A stretch of DNA of 64,000 nucleotides from an uncultured Actinomycetes bacterium (lineage in GTDB: Bacteria; Actinomycetota; Thermoleophilia; UBA2241). The DNA is taken from positions 1 through 64,000 of the forward strand of contig CAVWIH010000019.1 of NCBI GenBank assembly GCA_963755025.1, read 5' to 3'. Position numbers and translations under genes: made by a program. Below, piece by piece: positions 29,403 through 39,986 of this stretch; position 1 is the stretch's first letter, and each line of letters opens with the position of its first letter. Below the pieces are notes generated by a model. It saw nothing but the letters and a program-made list of their open reading frames with translations, ran no database searches and was not told where the DNA came from.

Positions 29403-29945
29403 TCAGGTGCGCCGGCCCGAGAGCAGCGAGTTGAGCAGGGCCTGAGTGACGAGCGCGATGACGCAGAGCAGCAGCGTCGTCGAGATGGAGAAGTCGAAGA
29501 CCAGGACGAGCACGCCGATGACCGCGGCCCACAGCAGGGTGCGCGGTATGAGGTCGCGCAGCAGGCGGCGGCGAAAGCCCAGCCACGCGAGCTCGCGGCC
29601 CATGGCCGAGTTGCGCTCGGAATCGTCGAGGAAGCTGGTGGCGGCAGTGCGCAGGCGAGGCGTGAGGTCGGCGCCTTCGTCGGAGAACAGGCGGCACTGC
29701 AGCTCGAGTCCGAGGTTCTGCTGCAGCAGCGTGCGCTGGCCGCGCCAGTAGAAGGCGACGAGTGACAGGAAGCGGTCGTCGCCGGCCAGGCCGCTGTCGT
29801 TCACGGTGACGTCCAAAAAGAAGCGGCGGGCGCGGTGGTCGTACTGCACGCGCGACTGCCACCGCTTGCGCGGAAAGAAGTCGCGCAGGAACCGGTCGAG
29901 GTCGCGCGGCAAGCCTTCGACTACCTGTTCGGCACGGTCGGTCAC
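29403..29945 (-). CDS. Hypothetical protein with two C-terminal TM helices
   Basis: Protein-like C-terminal part of ORF 29403..31076; TACAAT 6 nt upstream of the GTG (leaderless). Confidence 0.65.
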   Translation of the reverse strand: MTDRAEQVVEGLPRDLDRFLRDFFPRKRWQSRVQYDHRARRFFLDVTVNDSGLAGDDRFLSLVAFYWRGQRTLLQQNLGLELQCRLFSDEGADLTPRLRTAATSFLDDSERNSAMGRELAWLGFRRRLLRDLIPRTLLWAAVIGVLVLVFDFSISTTLLLCVIALVTQALLNSLLSGRRT

Positions 29946-30071
29946 GGGCTGATTGTACCCCCGGCGCCACGGCGGCACGTCGCCGCCGCCGTGCGACGCG
30001 CCCGGATCGCGCCGTGCGCTGCGGCGACCGCGCGGCGACAGCCCCCGCCGCCTTCGGTTAGACTCCCGGCC

Positions 30072-31157
30072 ATGGCTACCCAAGTCGTCCTCTCGGTGGT
30101 GGGCAACCGGCCCCAGTACATCAAGTCGGCGATCGTGTCGCGCGCTGTGCGCGAGGTGGCGCGCGAAGTCCTGCTCGACACGGGCCAGCACTACGACCGC
30201 GAGCTCGCCGGCGTGTTCTTCGACGAGCTCGCGCTGCCGCGCCCCGACATCGAGCTCGGCGTGGGCTCCGACAGCCATGCCCGCCAGACGGCCGCCATGC
30301 TGACCGGCATCGCCGCCGCCGTCGAAGAGGTGCGTCCCCAGGTCGTGCTCGTCTACGGCGATACCAACTCGACCCTCGCCGGCGCGCTCGCCGCCGCCAA
30401 GCTGAACGTGCCCATCGCCCACGTCGAGGCGGGCTTGCGCTCGTTCGACCGGCGCATGCCCGAAGAGGTCAACCGCGTGCTCACCGACCACGTCTCGAGC
30501 CTGCTGTTCTGCCCCACCGACACCGCCGTCGAGAACCTGCGCCGCGAGGGCGTCGTCGAGGGCGTCGTGCAGACCGGCGACGTTATGTTCGACCTGGCCA
30601 TGGCGACGCTCACGCCGGCCCGCGAACAGGCCATCCTGGCCGCCTTCGACCTGCGGCCCGGCGCCTACGTGCTGGCCACCGCGCACCGCCCGGCGACCAC
30701 CGACGACCCGGCCGCCCTCAAGGCGGTGCTCGACGCGCTCGGCGCCTCGACCGAGAGGGTCGTCTTTCCGGCGCATCCGCGCACGGCGGCCGCCATCGCG
30801 CGCCACGGCTTGAACGGCGCGGTGGCGGCCAACGTCACGCTGACCGCGCCGGTCGGCTACCTCGAGTCGCTCACGCTGGCCAAGAACGCTCGCGTGGTGG
30901 CCACCGACTCCGGCGGCCTGCAAAAGGAGGCGTACTTCTTTGCCGTGCCGTGCGTGACCATGCGCGACACGAGCGAGTGGGTCGAGACCATCGAGAGCGG
31001 CTGGAACGTGCTGGTCGGCACCGACCGCGAAGCCCTCACGGTCGCCCTGGCCGACCCGCCGCGGGGCGCCACCCACCCCGCGTTCTACGGGGCGGGCGAC
31101 GCCGGCGCACGCGTGGCCGTGGCGCTCGGCGCCTTTCTCGAAGGGCGGTCGCGGTGA
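30072..31157 (+). CDS. wecB: UDP-N-acetylglucosamine 2-epimerase, non-hydrolysing (WecB/WbpI-like)
   Basis: GNRPQYIK, TGQHYD, GDTNST, HVEAGLRS, MPEEVNR, TDSGGLQKEA. Confidence 0.92.
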   Translation: MATQVVLSVVGNRPQYIKSAIVSRAVREVAREVLLDTGQHYDRELAGVFFDELALPRPDIELGVGSDSHARQTAAMLTGIAAAVEEVRPQVVLVYGDTNSTLAGALAAAKLNVPIAHVEAGLRSFDRRMPEEVNRVLTDHVSSLLFCPTDTAVENLRREGVVEGVVQTGDVMFDLAMATLTPAREQAILAAFDLRPGAYVLATAHRPATTDDPAALKAVLDALGASTERVVFPAHPRTAAAIARHGLNGAVAANVTLTAPVGYLESLTLAKNARVVATDSGGLQKEAYFFAVPCVTMRDTSEWVETIESGWNVLVGTDREALTVALADPPRGATHPAFYGAGDAGARVAVALGAFLEGRSR

Positions 31158-32245
31158 GCATCGCCTACCTCGAGATCGAGGCCGCCGGCAGCCACCGCGA
31201 GATCGGCCGCCAGATCGGCGAGGCGGCGCGGCACCTGATCGCGGCCGGTATCGCCTACTACGAGGAGTTCCACGAGGAGATGGGCGGCGTGAGCTTCGCC
31301 GCCGCCGAGCAGCAGGCGCTCGCCTACCTGCCGCCGGCGCGCGAGGCGTTGCCCGGTGTGGTCGCCGAGCTCGAGGGCATGGCCGAGGGCGCCGGTGTGC
31401 GCCTGAGCCGGCTGCTGGTGCCCAACCTGGGCGAGGAGCTCACCTGCAACGCCGACCCGGGGGAGGGCGGCGCCGTGCGGCCCGCCGCGCGCAGTGAGCA
31501 TTGCACGACGGTCGGCGCCCGCGTGGGCGGGCGCTGCCTGCTCGGCCACAACGAGGACTGGTGGGCCGGCGACGTCGACAAGAACGTGCTGCTGCGCATC
31601 ACCACGAACGACGGCACGAGCCTGCTGGCCATGACATCGGCCTGCCTGCTGCCGCCGACCGGCATCAACTCGCACGGCATCGCGAGCGGCGGCAACACGC
31701 TCTACGCAAACGACCAGCGCGTGGGCGTGCCCAACAACTTCATCCGCCGCCACCTGCTCGAGTCGCGTTCGCTCGCCGATGCGCGCGAGCGCGCCCTGCT
31801 GCCGAGCCGCGCGCGCGGCTCCAACCACACGCTGATCGACGCCGCCGGCACGCTGCTCGACATTGAGACCTCGGCTACGGGGGCGGTCGTCATCACACCC
31901 GGCGAGCGCCTGGTGCACACCAACCATTTCACCGACCCCGGCATGCTCGACTTCGAGATCTCGACCTCGAGCGGCACGCGCCGCCGCGCGGCCCGGGCGG
32001 CGGCCCTGCTCGACCTGGGTCTCTCCCGGGGCGACGACCTCGCCGAGCTGCTGCCGGCCATCCTCTCCGACCACGAGGGCCGCGCCGAGGGCGCCTCGAT
32101 CTGCGGGCATCCCGACCTGTCGCTGCCCCAGGGCGAGCGCGACATGACGACGGCCAGCATGATCTGGGACCCGCGCGAGCTCACCGTCGCCGTGTGCGCG
32201 GGCCCGCCGTGCGACAACGAGCGCCGGGTGTTCGGCCTGCGGTAG
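31154..32245 (+). CDS. C45 family Ntn-hydrolase / acyltransferase
   Basis: HCTT nucleophile, GHNED, GINSHG, HTNHF; GTGA overlap with wecB. Confidence 0.82.
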   Translation: MSIAYLEIEAAGSHREIGRQIGEAARHLIAAGIAYYEEFHEEMGGVSFAAAEQQALAYLPPAREALPGVVAELEGMAEGAGVRLSRLLVPNLGEELTCNADPGEGGAVRPAARSEHCTTVGARVGGRCLLGHNEDWWAGDVDKNVLLRITTNDGTSLLAMTSACLLPPTGINSHGIASGGNTLYANDQRVGVPNNFIRRHLLESRSLADARERALLPSRARGSNHTLIDAAGTLLDIETSATGAVVITPGERLVHTNHFTDPGMLDFEISTSSGTRRRAARAAALLDLGLSRGDDLAELLPAILSDHEGRAEGASICGHPDLSLPQGERDMTTASMIWDPRELTVAVCAGPPCDNERRVFGLR

Positions 32246-32404
32246 GCGCCCGGTGCCGGGCGCACGACGCCGGAGGCGCGATGCCCGGTCCACGAGGCGA
32301 CGCGACGGGCGCTTCGGCCGGGCCGTACCGATACGATACAATCTGACATCCCGGTCGCACCGGCGGCCGGCACCCCCGACCGGTACCACGAACGGGAGCG
32401 GACA

Positions 32405-33671
32405 GTGAAGATCGCAGTCATCGGCATGGGATACGTCGGCTTGCCCCTCGCGGTAACGTTCGCCGAGGCGGGCGTCGAGGTGGTCGGCATCGAATCCGAC
32501 CCCACGCGCTGCAACGCCATCAACGCGGGCGACTCGTACATCGTCGACGTCACCGAGCGACGCCCTCAAAGCGGTGGTCGACAAGGGACTGCTCCGCGCG
32601 ACCCCCGACTACGCCGCCACCGAAAGCTGCGCGGCCGACATCATCTGCCTGCCCACGCCGCTCAACGCCAACCGCGAGCCCGATCTCACGCTGGTCAAGA
32701 GCGCCACCGCCATGCTCGCCGGCCACGTGCGCCGCGGCCAGCTCGTGTGCCTCGAGAGCACGACCTACCCGGGCACCACGCGCGAGGTGCTGGCGCCCCT
32801 GCTCGAAGAGGGGTCGGGGCTCGTCGCCGGCACCGACTTTCACCTGGCGTTCTCGCCCGAGCGGGTCGACCCCGGTCGCACCGACTACACGACCAAGACC
32901 ACGCCCAAGGTCGTCGGCGGCCTGACGGCCGCCTGCACGGCCAAGGTGGTCGAGGTCTACAGCCAGGCGCTCGACACCCTCGTGCCGGTCACCACGCCCG
33001 AAGTGGCCGAGATGACGAAGCTGCTCGAGAACATCTTCCGCAGCGTCAACATCGCCCTGGTCAACGAGCTCGCCATGCTGTGCGACCGCCTCGGCATCGA
33101 CATCTGGGAGGTCATCGAGGCCGCGGGCAGCAAGCCTTTCGGCTTCATGAAGTTCCTGCCCGGCCCCGGCCTGGGCGGCCACTGCATCCCGATCGACCCC
33201 TTCTACCTCTCGTGGAAGGCTCGCGAGGTCGACTTCTGGACCGAGTTCATCGAGCTCGCCGGCAAGGTCAACGAGAACATGCCCTACTTCTGCGTCACCA
33301 AGGTGACGCGCGCGCTCAACTCACACGCCAAGTCGCTGCAGGGCTCTCGGGCGCTCGTCATGGGCGTGGCCTACAAGGCCGACATCGACGACCTGCGCGA
33401 GTCGCCGGCCCTCAAGATCATCAAGCAGCTCGGCCGCCACGGCATGGTGGTCGACTACCACGACCCGTTCGTGACCGAGCTGCCGCAGTTCGGCATGAGC
33501 TCGGTCGACCTCACCGAGGGCGCCGGCATAAGCGCCTACGACGTAGTGATCGTGGTCACGGCGCACACCGCCATCGACTACGCCGACGTCGTCGACAAGG
33601 CGCAGCTCGTGGTCGATCTGCGCAACGCCACCGCCGGTCTCGACGGCGGCGACAAAGTCTGGAAGCTTTGA
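32405..33671 (+). CDS. UDP-GlcNAc 6-dehydrogenase (WbpA/WecC-like); frameshift near 32560
   Basis: GMGYVGLP, ESTTYPGTT, SPERVDPG, KLLEN, GGHCIP. Confidence 0.9.
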
Positions 33672-33716
33672 GGCGGCGGCCGCAGGCCGCCGCCCCGGCA
33701 AGGATGGTGACGTGCC

Positions 33717-34748
33717 GTGAGTGTTGACCCTGTCCGCATAGGCGTCGTAGGCCTCAACTACTGGGGGCCCAACCTGGCGCGCAACGTCGATCGGCTGCCC
33801 GGCGCCGAGCTCGCCTGGTGCTGCGACTTAGACGAGAAGATCCTGGCGCGCATGAAGACCCAGTTCCCCGACGCGCGCACCACGACCGACTTGGACGACG
33901 TGCTGGCCGACCCCACGGTCGAAGCGGTCATCGTGGCCACCTCGGTGCCCACGCACTACCTGCTGGGCAAGCGCGTGCTCGAAGCCGGCAAACACGCCTT
34001 CATCGAAAAGCCCATGGCCACGACCGCCGCCGACGCCGAAGACCTGGTGCGTACCGCCGACGCCCACGACCGGCGCCTCATGGTGGGCCACCTGCTCGAG
34101 TACCACCCCGCCGTGCGCAAGGTCAAAGAGCTGATCGACGCCGGCGACCTGGGGCGCATCTTCTACGTCTACTCGAACCGCCTGAACCTGGGCAAGGTGC
34201 GGCCCGACGAGAACGCCCTGTGGAGCCTGGGACCGCACGACATCTCGGTGCTCAACTACCTCACCGGCGAAGAGCCCGAAGAGGTCACGGCGCACGGCGA
34301 GTGCTACCTGCAGAACGGCGTCGAAGACGTCGTGTTCGGCTACATCCGCTACCCGTCGGGCATGGTCGGCCACCTGCACGTGAGCTGGCTCGACCCCCAC
34401 AAGACGCGCAAGATCACGGTCGTGGGCTCCGACAAGATGGCGGTCTTCGACGACATGGACGCCGACCGCAAGGTGACCATCTACGACAAATCGGCGGTGG
34501 TGCCGCAGTACCAGTCCTACGGCGAGTACGTCACGCTGCGCTTCGGCGACATCCACTGCCCCCACCTGCCCAACGACGAGCCCCTCAGGCTCGAGGTCGA
34601 GCACTTCATCGGCTGTGTGCGCGACGGCAGCCGGCCGCTGTCCGACGGGCGCGACGGCCTGAACGTGGTGCGCGTGCTCGAAGCCATGGAACGCTCGCTG
34701 CGCAACGGCGGTCAGCCCGTGCGCACCGCCGACCTCACGGTCGGGTAG
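33717..34748 (+). CDS. Gfo/Idh/MocA oxidoreductase (WbpB/WlbA-like)
   Basis: GLNYWG, IEKPMA, HDIS. Confidence 0.88.
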   Translation: MSVDPVRIGVVGLNYWGPNLARNVDRLPGAELAWCCDLDEKILARMKTQFPDARTTTDLDDVLADPTVEAVIVATSVPTHYLLGKRVLEAGKHAFIEKPMATTAADAEDLVRTADAHDRRLMVGHLLEYHPAVRKVKELIDAGDLGRIFYVYSNRLNLGKVRPDENALWSLGPHDISVLNYLTGEEPEEVTAHGECYLQNGVEDVVFGYIRYPSGMVGHLHVSWLDPHKTRKITVVGSDKMAVFDDMDADRKVTIYDKSAVVPQYQSYGEYVTLRFGDIHCPHLPNDEPLRLEVEHFIGCVRDGSRPLSDGRDGLNVVRVLEAMERSLRNGGQPVRTADLTVG

Positions 34749-34752
34749 CGCC

Positions 34753-35466
34753 GTGGCCCTTCATGCCTCCGAGCTGGCCCCCAACCTGCTGCTCGGCTCC
34801 AACGTGATCGTGGGCGCCGGCGTGGTCTTCGGCGCCAACGTCGTCGTGCACGACGACACCGAGATCGGCGACGGCTGCTTCATCCAGGACAACGCCGTGC
34901 TCGGCAAGGTGCCCTCGCTGTCGCCGAGCTCGACCGCCAAGAAGGGCGAGCTGCCGGGCCTGCGCCTGGGCGCCGGCTGCGTCGTGTCGACGGGCGCGGT
35001 CGTCTACCGCGGCGTCGCCATGGGCCCCGGTTGCGTGATCGGCGACCTGGCCAGCGTGCGCGAACGCTGCCTGCTCGGCGAGCGCGTCGTGGTGGGCCGC
35101 GGCACGTGCGTCGAGAACGACACCATGATCGGCGACTTCACCAAGATCCAGTCCAACGCCTACATCACGGCGTACATGACGATCGAAGACCACGTCTTCG
35201 TGGCGCCCTGCGTGCAGACCACGAACGACAACTTCATGGGCCGCACCGAACAGCGCCACGCGCTGATCAAGGGCGCGACCATCCGCCGCGGTGCGCGCAT
35301 CGGCGGCGGCGTGCTGCTCTGCCCGGGCGTCGAGGTGGGCGAAGAGGCCTTCATCGCGGCCGGCGCCGTGGTCACCAAAGACGCGCCCGCCCGCAAGGTG
35401 CTCATCGGCATGCCGGCGCGCGTGGTGCGCGACGTGCCCGCCGAGGAGCTGCTCGAGAACCAGTAG
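34753..35466 (+). CDS. Hexapeptide-repeat N-acetyltransferase (WbpD/WlbB-like)
   Basis: Left-handed beta-helix repeats, [17 protein letters not shown]. Confidence 0.88.
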   Translation: MALHASELAPNLLLGSNVIVGAGVVFGANVVVHDDTEIGDGCFIQDNAVLGKVPSLSPSSTAKKGELPGLRLGAGCVVSTGAVVYRGVAMGPGCVIGDLASVRERCLLGERVVVGRGTCVENDTMIGDFTKIQSNAYITAYMTIEDHVFVAPCVQTTNDNFMGRTEQRHALIKGATIRRGARIGGGVLLCPGVEVGEEAFIAAGAVVTKDAPARKVLIGMPARVVRDVPAEELLENQ

Positions 35467-35504
35467 GCCGCCGCGCGGTCGGCACACGACCAAGGAGCCG
35501 CTTC

Positions 35505-35666
35505 ATGCAGAAGTACATCTGTACGCTGTGCGACTGGGTCTACGATCCCGAGATCGGCGATCCCGACAACGGTGTCGAGCCCGGCACCGCGTTCGACGAC
35601 CTGCCCGACGACTGGGTCTGCCCCGACTGCGGCGCCGGCGTCGACATGTTCGAGCCGCTCGCCTAG
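35505..35666 (+). CDS. Rubredoxin
   Basis: [19 protein letters not shown]...[17 protein letters not shown]; RBS AAGGAG. Confidence 0.95.
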   Translation: MQKYICTLCDWVYDPEIGDPDNGVEPGTAFDDLPDDWVCPDCGAGVDMFEPLA

Positions 35667-35729
35667 CAGGCATACCCGTCGCGCGACCGCCGGCGCCCGG
35701 TCCGCCGCGACCGGCCGCCCTCACGCGCC

Positions 35730-36767
35730 TCAGGGCACGAGCACCAGCTTGCCCACGGCCGGCCCTGCCATGATCTCGCGATGGGCGGTCGCCGCTTCGG
35801 CGAGCGGCAGCTCGCGGCCCACCAGAGGGCGCAGGCGACCGGCCCCCAGACCCTCGCCGACGGCGGCGTAGGCTGCGGCGAGCGCCGCCGGTGGGGCCAC
35901 GAACAGCAGGATGCCGCGCACATCGGCGTCGCGGCTCATGAGCTCGCGGGGCGCTATCTCGACCGGCCCGCGGCTGCCCACCACGACCACCCGGCCGCCG
36001 CGCGCCAGCAGCCCCAGGTCGATTCCCAGGCTCGCGTGGGCCGCCATCTCGACGATGACGTCGTAGCCGCGTCCGCCGGTGAGGGCGAGCAGCTCGGCCG
36101 CCGAGTCGGGCGCCGTGTGGTCGACGACCTCGGCGGCGCCCTGCGCGGCGACCAGCCGGCGGCCGTCCTCGGAGCCCGCCGTGCCGTGTACGGTGAGGCC
36201 GGCGCCCACCGCGAACTGCACCGTAGCCAGGCCCACGCCGCCGCTCGCGCCGTGGACGAGCACCAGGTCGCCCGCGCTCGCCTGCCCGCGCTGGAACAGG
36301 GCGCGGTAGGCCGTCGCGTACGGTACCCCCAGCGCCGCGCCGGCGGCGAAGCCGATGGCGGCGGGCAGGGCGTGGACCTGCTCGGTCCGGCACAGCGCCG
36401 CCTCGGCGTAGGTGCCCGTGAGCGAGCCCGAGGTGTACACGCGGTCGCCCACCGCCGGGCCGCGAGCGCCGGCCACGCCGGCGGGCGCGGCCTCACTCGC
36501 CGCCGCGCCTTCGCCGCCGGCGCCCTCGCCGTGCGCGTCGCCTGCGCCGACCGCTTCGACGACACCGGCGCCGTCACTGCCCGGCGTGTAGGGCAGCGGC
36601 GGCAGGGCGGCGTACTGTCCGGAGCGCATGTAGGCGTCGACGGGGTTCACGCCGGCGGCGTGCAGCCGCACGAGCACCTCGCCGGGGCCCGGTGGCCGCA
36701 GGTCGGCGATCTCTTCGACCTTCAGGACGTCGGGTTCTCCGAAGCTGTGGACACGGACCGCGCGCAT
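35730..36767 (-). CDS. NADPH:quinone reductase (zeta-crystallin / MDR family)
   Basis: AAGVNPVD, PYTPGSD, HGASGGVG, GKLVL. Confidence 0.9.
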   Translation of the reverse strand: MRAVRVHSFGEPDVLKVEEIADLRPPGPGEVLVRLHAAGVNPVDAYMRSGQYAALPPLPYTPGSDGAGVVEAVGAGDAHGEGAGGEGAAASEAAPAGVAGARGPAVGDRVYTSGSLTGTYAEAALCRTEQVHALPAAIGFAAGAALGVPYATAYRALFQRGQASAGDLVLVHGASGGVGLATVQFAVGAGLTVHGTAGSEDGRRLVAAQGAAEVVDHTAPDSAAELLALTGGRGYDVIVEMAAHASLGIDLGLLARGGRVVVVGSRGPVEIAPRELMSRDADVRGILLFVAPPAALAAAYAAVGEGLGAGRLRPLVGRELPLAEAATAHREIMAGPAVGKLVLVP

Positions 36768-36853
36768 CGTTTCTCCTTGGTCTGACGACGGACGTGCAGC
36801 GAGCCTCAGTGTTCCCGCCCGGGCCCAAAAGAGGGAGCGGCGCCGTCTGGGCG

Positions 36854-36902
36854 CCGCGGTCTCGGCGGCCGCGGTCGCGCGCCGCGGTCGCCGAGACCGC
36901 GG
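36854..36902. terminator. 21-bp GC stem-loop downstream of purB
   Basis: CCGCGGTCTCGGCGGCCGCGG-N7-CCGCGGTCGCCGAGACCGCGG; no U-tract. Confidence 0.55.
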
Positions 36903-36960
36903 TTGGGAGACGTCGGTCGAGGTGCCGCGGTCGAGGAGCGCCGGGCGCGGCGCCGGCCGC

Positions 36961-38262
36961 CTAGAACGTGAGCTGCTCGAGGCGCCCGAAGATGACCTGC
37001 CGCCCGGCGCGGTACTGGTCGGGGTCCATGGCGGCGTCGACTTCGGCGACCGACAGCACGGCGGCCGCTTCGGGGTCGTCCTTGATGAGCGCGCCGAAGT
37101 CGACGCCCTCGCGCCAGGCGCGCATGGCGCAGTCCTGCACCACCCGGTAGGCGTCGTCGCGCAGCATGCCGTGGTCGACCAGGGCGAGCAGCACGGCGCC
37201 GCTGAACACGAGGCGCTGCGAGAGGGCCAGGTTGCCGCGCATGCGGCCTTCGTCGACCACCAGCGTCTCGAATAGCCGGGTCGTCTTTTGCAGCATGTAG
37301 TCGAGCAGGATGCAGGAGTCGGGAAAGACGATGCGCTCGGCCGAGCTGTGCGAGATGTCGCGCTCGTGCCAGAGCGCCATGTTCTCCATGCCCACGAGGG
37401 CGTTGCCGCGCAGCACGCGGGCGCAGCCGGCCATGCGCTCCGAGAGGATCGGGTTACGCTTGTGAGGCATGGCCGACGAACCCTTCTGGCCTTTGCCGAA
37501 AGCCTCTTCGGCCTCGCGCACTTCGGTGCGCTGCAGGTGGCGCACCTCGAGCGTGAACTTCTCGAGCGAGCCTCCCACGATGGCGAGCGCCGACAGGAAG
37601 GCGGCGTGGCGGTCGCGCTGCACGACCTGGTTGGCGATGGGCTCGTAGCCCAGGCCGAGCTCGGCGCAGACCAGCTCTTCGACCCGCGGGTCGATGTTGT
37701 TGTAGGCGCCGACGGCGCCGCTCAGCTTGCCCACGGCGGCGCCCTCGGTGACGCGCCGCAGGCGCTCGAGGTCGCGCTCGACCTCGAAGGCCCACATGCC
37801 GAGCTTCATGCCGAACGTGATGGGCTCGGCGTGGATGCCGTGCGTGCGGCCTACCTGCACGGTGTCGCGAAACTCGAAGGCGCGCCGTTTGAGCACCTCA
37901 CCGAGGGCCACGAGGTCGCGCTGCAGGAGCTCGCCGGCGCGCTTGATCTGCAGCGCGAGGCCGGTGTCGAGCATGTCGGAGCTCGTCATGCCGTAGTGGA
38001 TGTACTTGGAGGCGTCGCCGACGTACTCGGCCACGTTGGTCAGAAAGGCGATGACGTCGTGGTTGGTGGTCTCTTCGATCTCGGCGACGCGGGCGGCGTC
38101 GAAGGCGGCCCTGACCTCGATCTCGGCGACGGCGGCGTCGGGCACCTTGCCCAGCCGGTTCCAGGCGCGCACGGCGGCGAGCTCGACCTCGAGCCAGGCC
38201 TGCAGCTTGGCCTCTTCGGCCCAGATGGCGCCCATCTCGGGCAGGGTGTAGCGAGCGATCAT
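36961..38262 (-). CDS. purB: Adenylosuccinate lyase
   Basis: MIARY, HDVIAF, TSSD, GRTHG.HA, SSAMPHKRNP. Confidence 0.97.
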   Translation of the reverse strand: MIARYTLPEMGAIWAEEAKLQAWLEVELAAVRAWNRLGKVPDAAVAEIEVRAAFDAARVAEIEETTNHDVIAFLTNVAEYVGDASKYIHYGMTSSDMLDTGLALQIKRAGELLQRDLVALGEVLKRRAFEFRDTVQVGRTHGIHAEPITFGMKLGMWAFEVERDLERLRRVTEGAAVGKLSGAVGAYNNIDPRVEELVCAELGLGYEPIANQVVQRDRHAAFLSALAIVGGSLEKFTLEVRHLQRTEVREAEEAFGKGQKGSSAMPHKRNPILSERMAGCARVLRGNALVGMENMALWHERDISHSSAERIVFPDSCILLDYMLQKTTRLFETLVVDEGRMRGNLALSQRLVFSGAVLLALVDHGMLRDDAYRVVQDCAMRAWREGVDFGALIKDDPEAAAVLSVAEVDAAMDPDQYRAGRQVIFGRLEQLTF

Positions 38263-38412
38263 GGATGCCCTTCGGTCGCGGCCGTCACGGACGCGCAGAT
38301 TCTCTCATAAAGAGGGCGGGTCCGGTCGAGGCCGGCTCGTCGCGGGGCCGCGGTGCGCGGCGCCGTGGTCTGCATGGTCCGGCGGCCGCGGACCGCCGCG
38401 GGCCGCCTCCGG

Positions 38413-38928
38413 TCACTGCCTGGTGAGCAGCGTCTCGAGCGGCGGCCGGCCGTCGCCGTAGGTGACTCGCGCGCGGAGCTGGTCGCGGTTGATGAACGAC
38501 AGCGAGAGCTGCCACGACACGCCGTTGTCGGCGACGCCGCTGGCCGTCAGGCTGTCGTCTTTGACCTGCGCGGTCGTCACGCGCTGCCCGAGAACGCGCA
38601 CGCCGGACAGCGTGTAGACGCCGGCGCCGCTCTTGGCGATGTGGGTCACGGTCGTGCCGAGCGAGGTGTCGGCCGAGCCCCAGGTGCCGGCCAGTTGCTG
38701 GCCCGAGGCGGTGATGCCGACGTACTGCAGCAGCCCGAAGCCGCCGAGCAGGAAGAAGCCGGTGACCAGGAAGATCGCGAAGAAGAGGATCAGGGCCAGG
38801 ATCGGCGCCAGCCACCAGGCGTCGCGCAGCCGGCGGCGGCGCTTGCCCGACGCGCCGGCGGCGGGCGTGGCGGACGCCGCGCCCGCCGCCGACTTGTAGA
38901 TCGTCCGTGCAGGTCTCTGTTCGCTCAC
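38413..38928 (-). CDS. Hypothetical membrane-anchored protein
   Basis: Basic patch, then a long hydrophobic helix, then a beta-rich domain. Confidence 0.6.
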   Translation of the reverse strand: MSEQRPARTIYKSAAGAASATPAAGASGKRRRRLRDAWWLAPILALILFFAIFLVTGFFLLGGFGLLQYVGITASGQQLAGTWGSADTSLGTTVTHIAKSGAGVYTLSGVRVLGQRVTTAQVKDDSLTASGVADNGVSWQLSLSFINRDQLRARVTYGDGRPPLETLLTRQ

Positions 38929-38935
38929 CGGCAGG

Positions 38936-39316
38936 TCATTCCCGCATGGCGATGGCTTCGATCTCGACCTTGGCGCCCTTGGGCAGGGCTGCCACGGCGA
39001 CCGTGGAGCGCGCCGGGAACGGCTTCTCGAAGAACTCGGCGTAGACGTCGTTGACCGCGGCGAAATCGTTCATGTCGGTCAGGAAGATCGTGGTCTTGAC
39101 GATGGCGTGGTTGGTGATGGCCCCGGCGGCGAGCAGATGGCCCAGGTTGGCGAGCGCCTGGCGGGCCTGCTCGGCGGCGGTGTCGCCGACGAGCGCTCCG
39201 TTTGCGTCGAGCGGCACCTGGCCCGAGAAGAACACGAGGTCGTCGGTCTGGATGGCCGGGGAGTAGGGGCCGATCGCGGGAGCGGCCGCCGGCGACGACA
39301 GGGTCTGCTTGATCAT
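38936..39316 (-). CDS. RidA family enamine/imine deaminase
   Basis: AIGPYS, SGQ.P, FPARSTV.V..LPK...VEIE. Confidence 0.94.
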   Translation of the reverse strand: MIKQTLSSPAAAPAIGPYSPAIQTDDLVFFSGQVPLDANGALVGDTAAEQARQALANLGHLLAAGAITNHAIVKTTIFLTDMNDFAAVNDVYAEFFEKPFPARSTVAVAALPKGAKVEIEAIAMRE

Positions 39317-39362
39317 CTCGGACTCCTTGGCTTGCGGGGTTCGGGCGTCGGCCGGGCGACGG

Positions 39363-39533
39363 TCAGCCGACGAGGCGCAGCAACAGGCCGATCAACGCCA
39401 GCACGATGATGAAGCTGAGGCCGCTCACGGCCATGACCAGCACGTGGCGCTGCTGGCCGGGCGGCATGAGCGAGCGGCGTGGCTGGTCGCTCGTCGCCTC
39501 ACCTTCGGGTCGGTCTCGCGGGTCGCCGGCCAT
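39363..39533 (-). CDS. Small single-TM protein (56 aa)
   Basis: Manual translation MAGDPRDRPEGEATSDQPRRSLMPPGQQRHVLVMAVSGLSFIIVLALIGLLLRLVG*; starts 3 nt after the purE stop. Confidence 0.6.
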   Translation of the reverse strand: MAGDPRDRPEGEATSDQPRRSLMPPGQQRHVLVMAVSGLSFIIVLALIGLLLRLVG

Positions 39534-39536
39534 GCC

Positions 39537-39986
39537 TTAGACGTCGAGGATCTTGGCCGCGAGGATGGCCGCGTTGCGGGCGCCGTTGATGGCCACGCAG
39601 GCGACCGGCACGCCGGGCGGCATCTGCACGATCGACAGCAGCGAGTCGAGCCCGCCCAGGTCGCTCGTCTTGATGGGCACGCCGATCACCGGCAGGTTGG
39701 TGTACGACGCGATCACGCCGGGCAGGGCGGCCGCCTTGCCGGCGCCGGCGATCAGCACCTTGAGGCCGCGCGCCTGGGCGGTGCGCGCGTAGTGGGCCAC
39801 CTTGTCGGGGTCGCGATGCGCCGACATGACCTGGATCTCGTAGCGTATGCGGCGCTCGTCGAGCTCGCGGCCGGCGGCCGACATGATCTCGCGGTCGGAT
39901 TCGCTGCCCATGACGATGCCCACGAGCACGGGTTCGAACTGGATGCCGACCAGCAGCGCTTCGACTTCGGTACTGGTCTTCTCCAC
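39537..39986 (-). CDS. purE: N5-CAIR mutase
   Basis: [30 protein letters not shown]; RBS before GTG 39986. Confidence 0.94.
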   Translation of the reverse strand: MEKTSTEVEALLVGIQFEPVLVGIVMGSESDREIMSAAGRELDERRIRYEIQVMSAHRDPDKVAHYARTAQARGLKVLIAGAGKAAALPGVIASYTNLPVIGVPIKTSDLGGLDSLLSIVQMPPGVPVACVAINGARNAAILAAKILDV

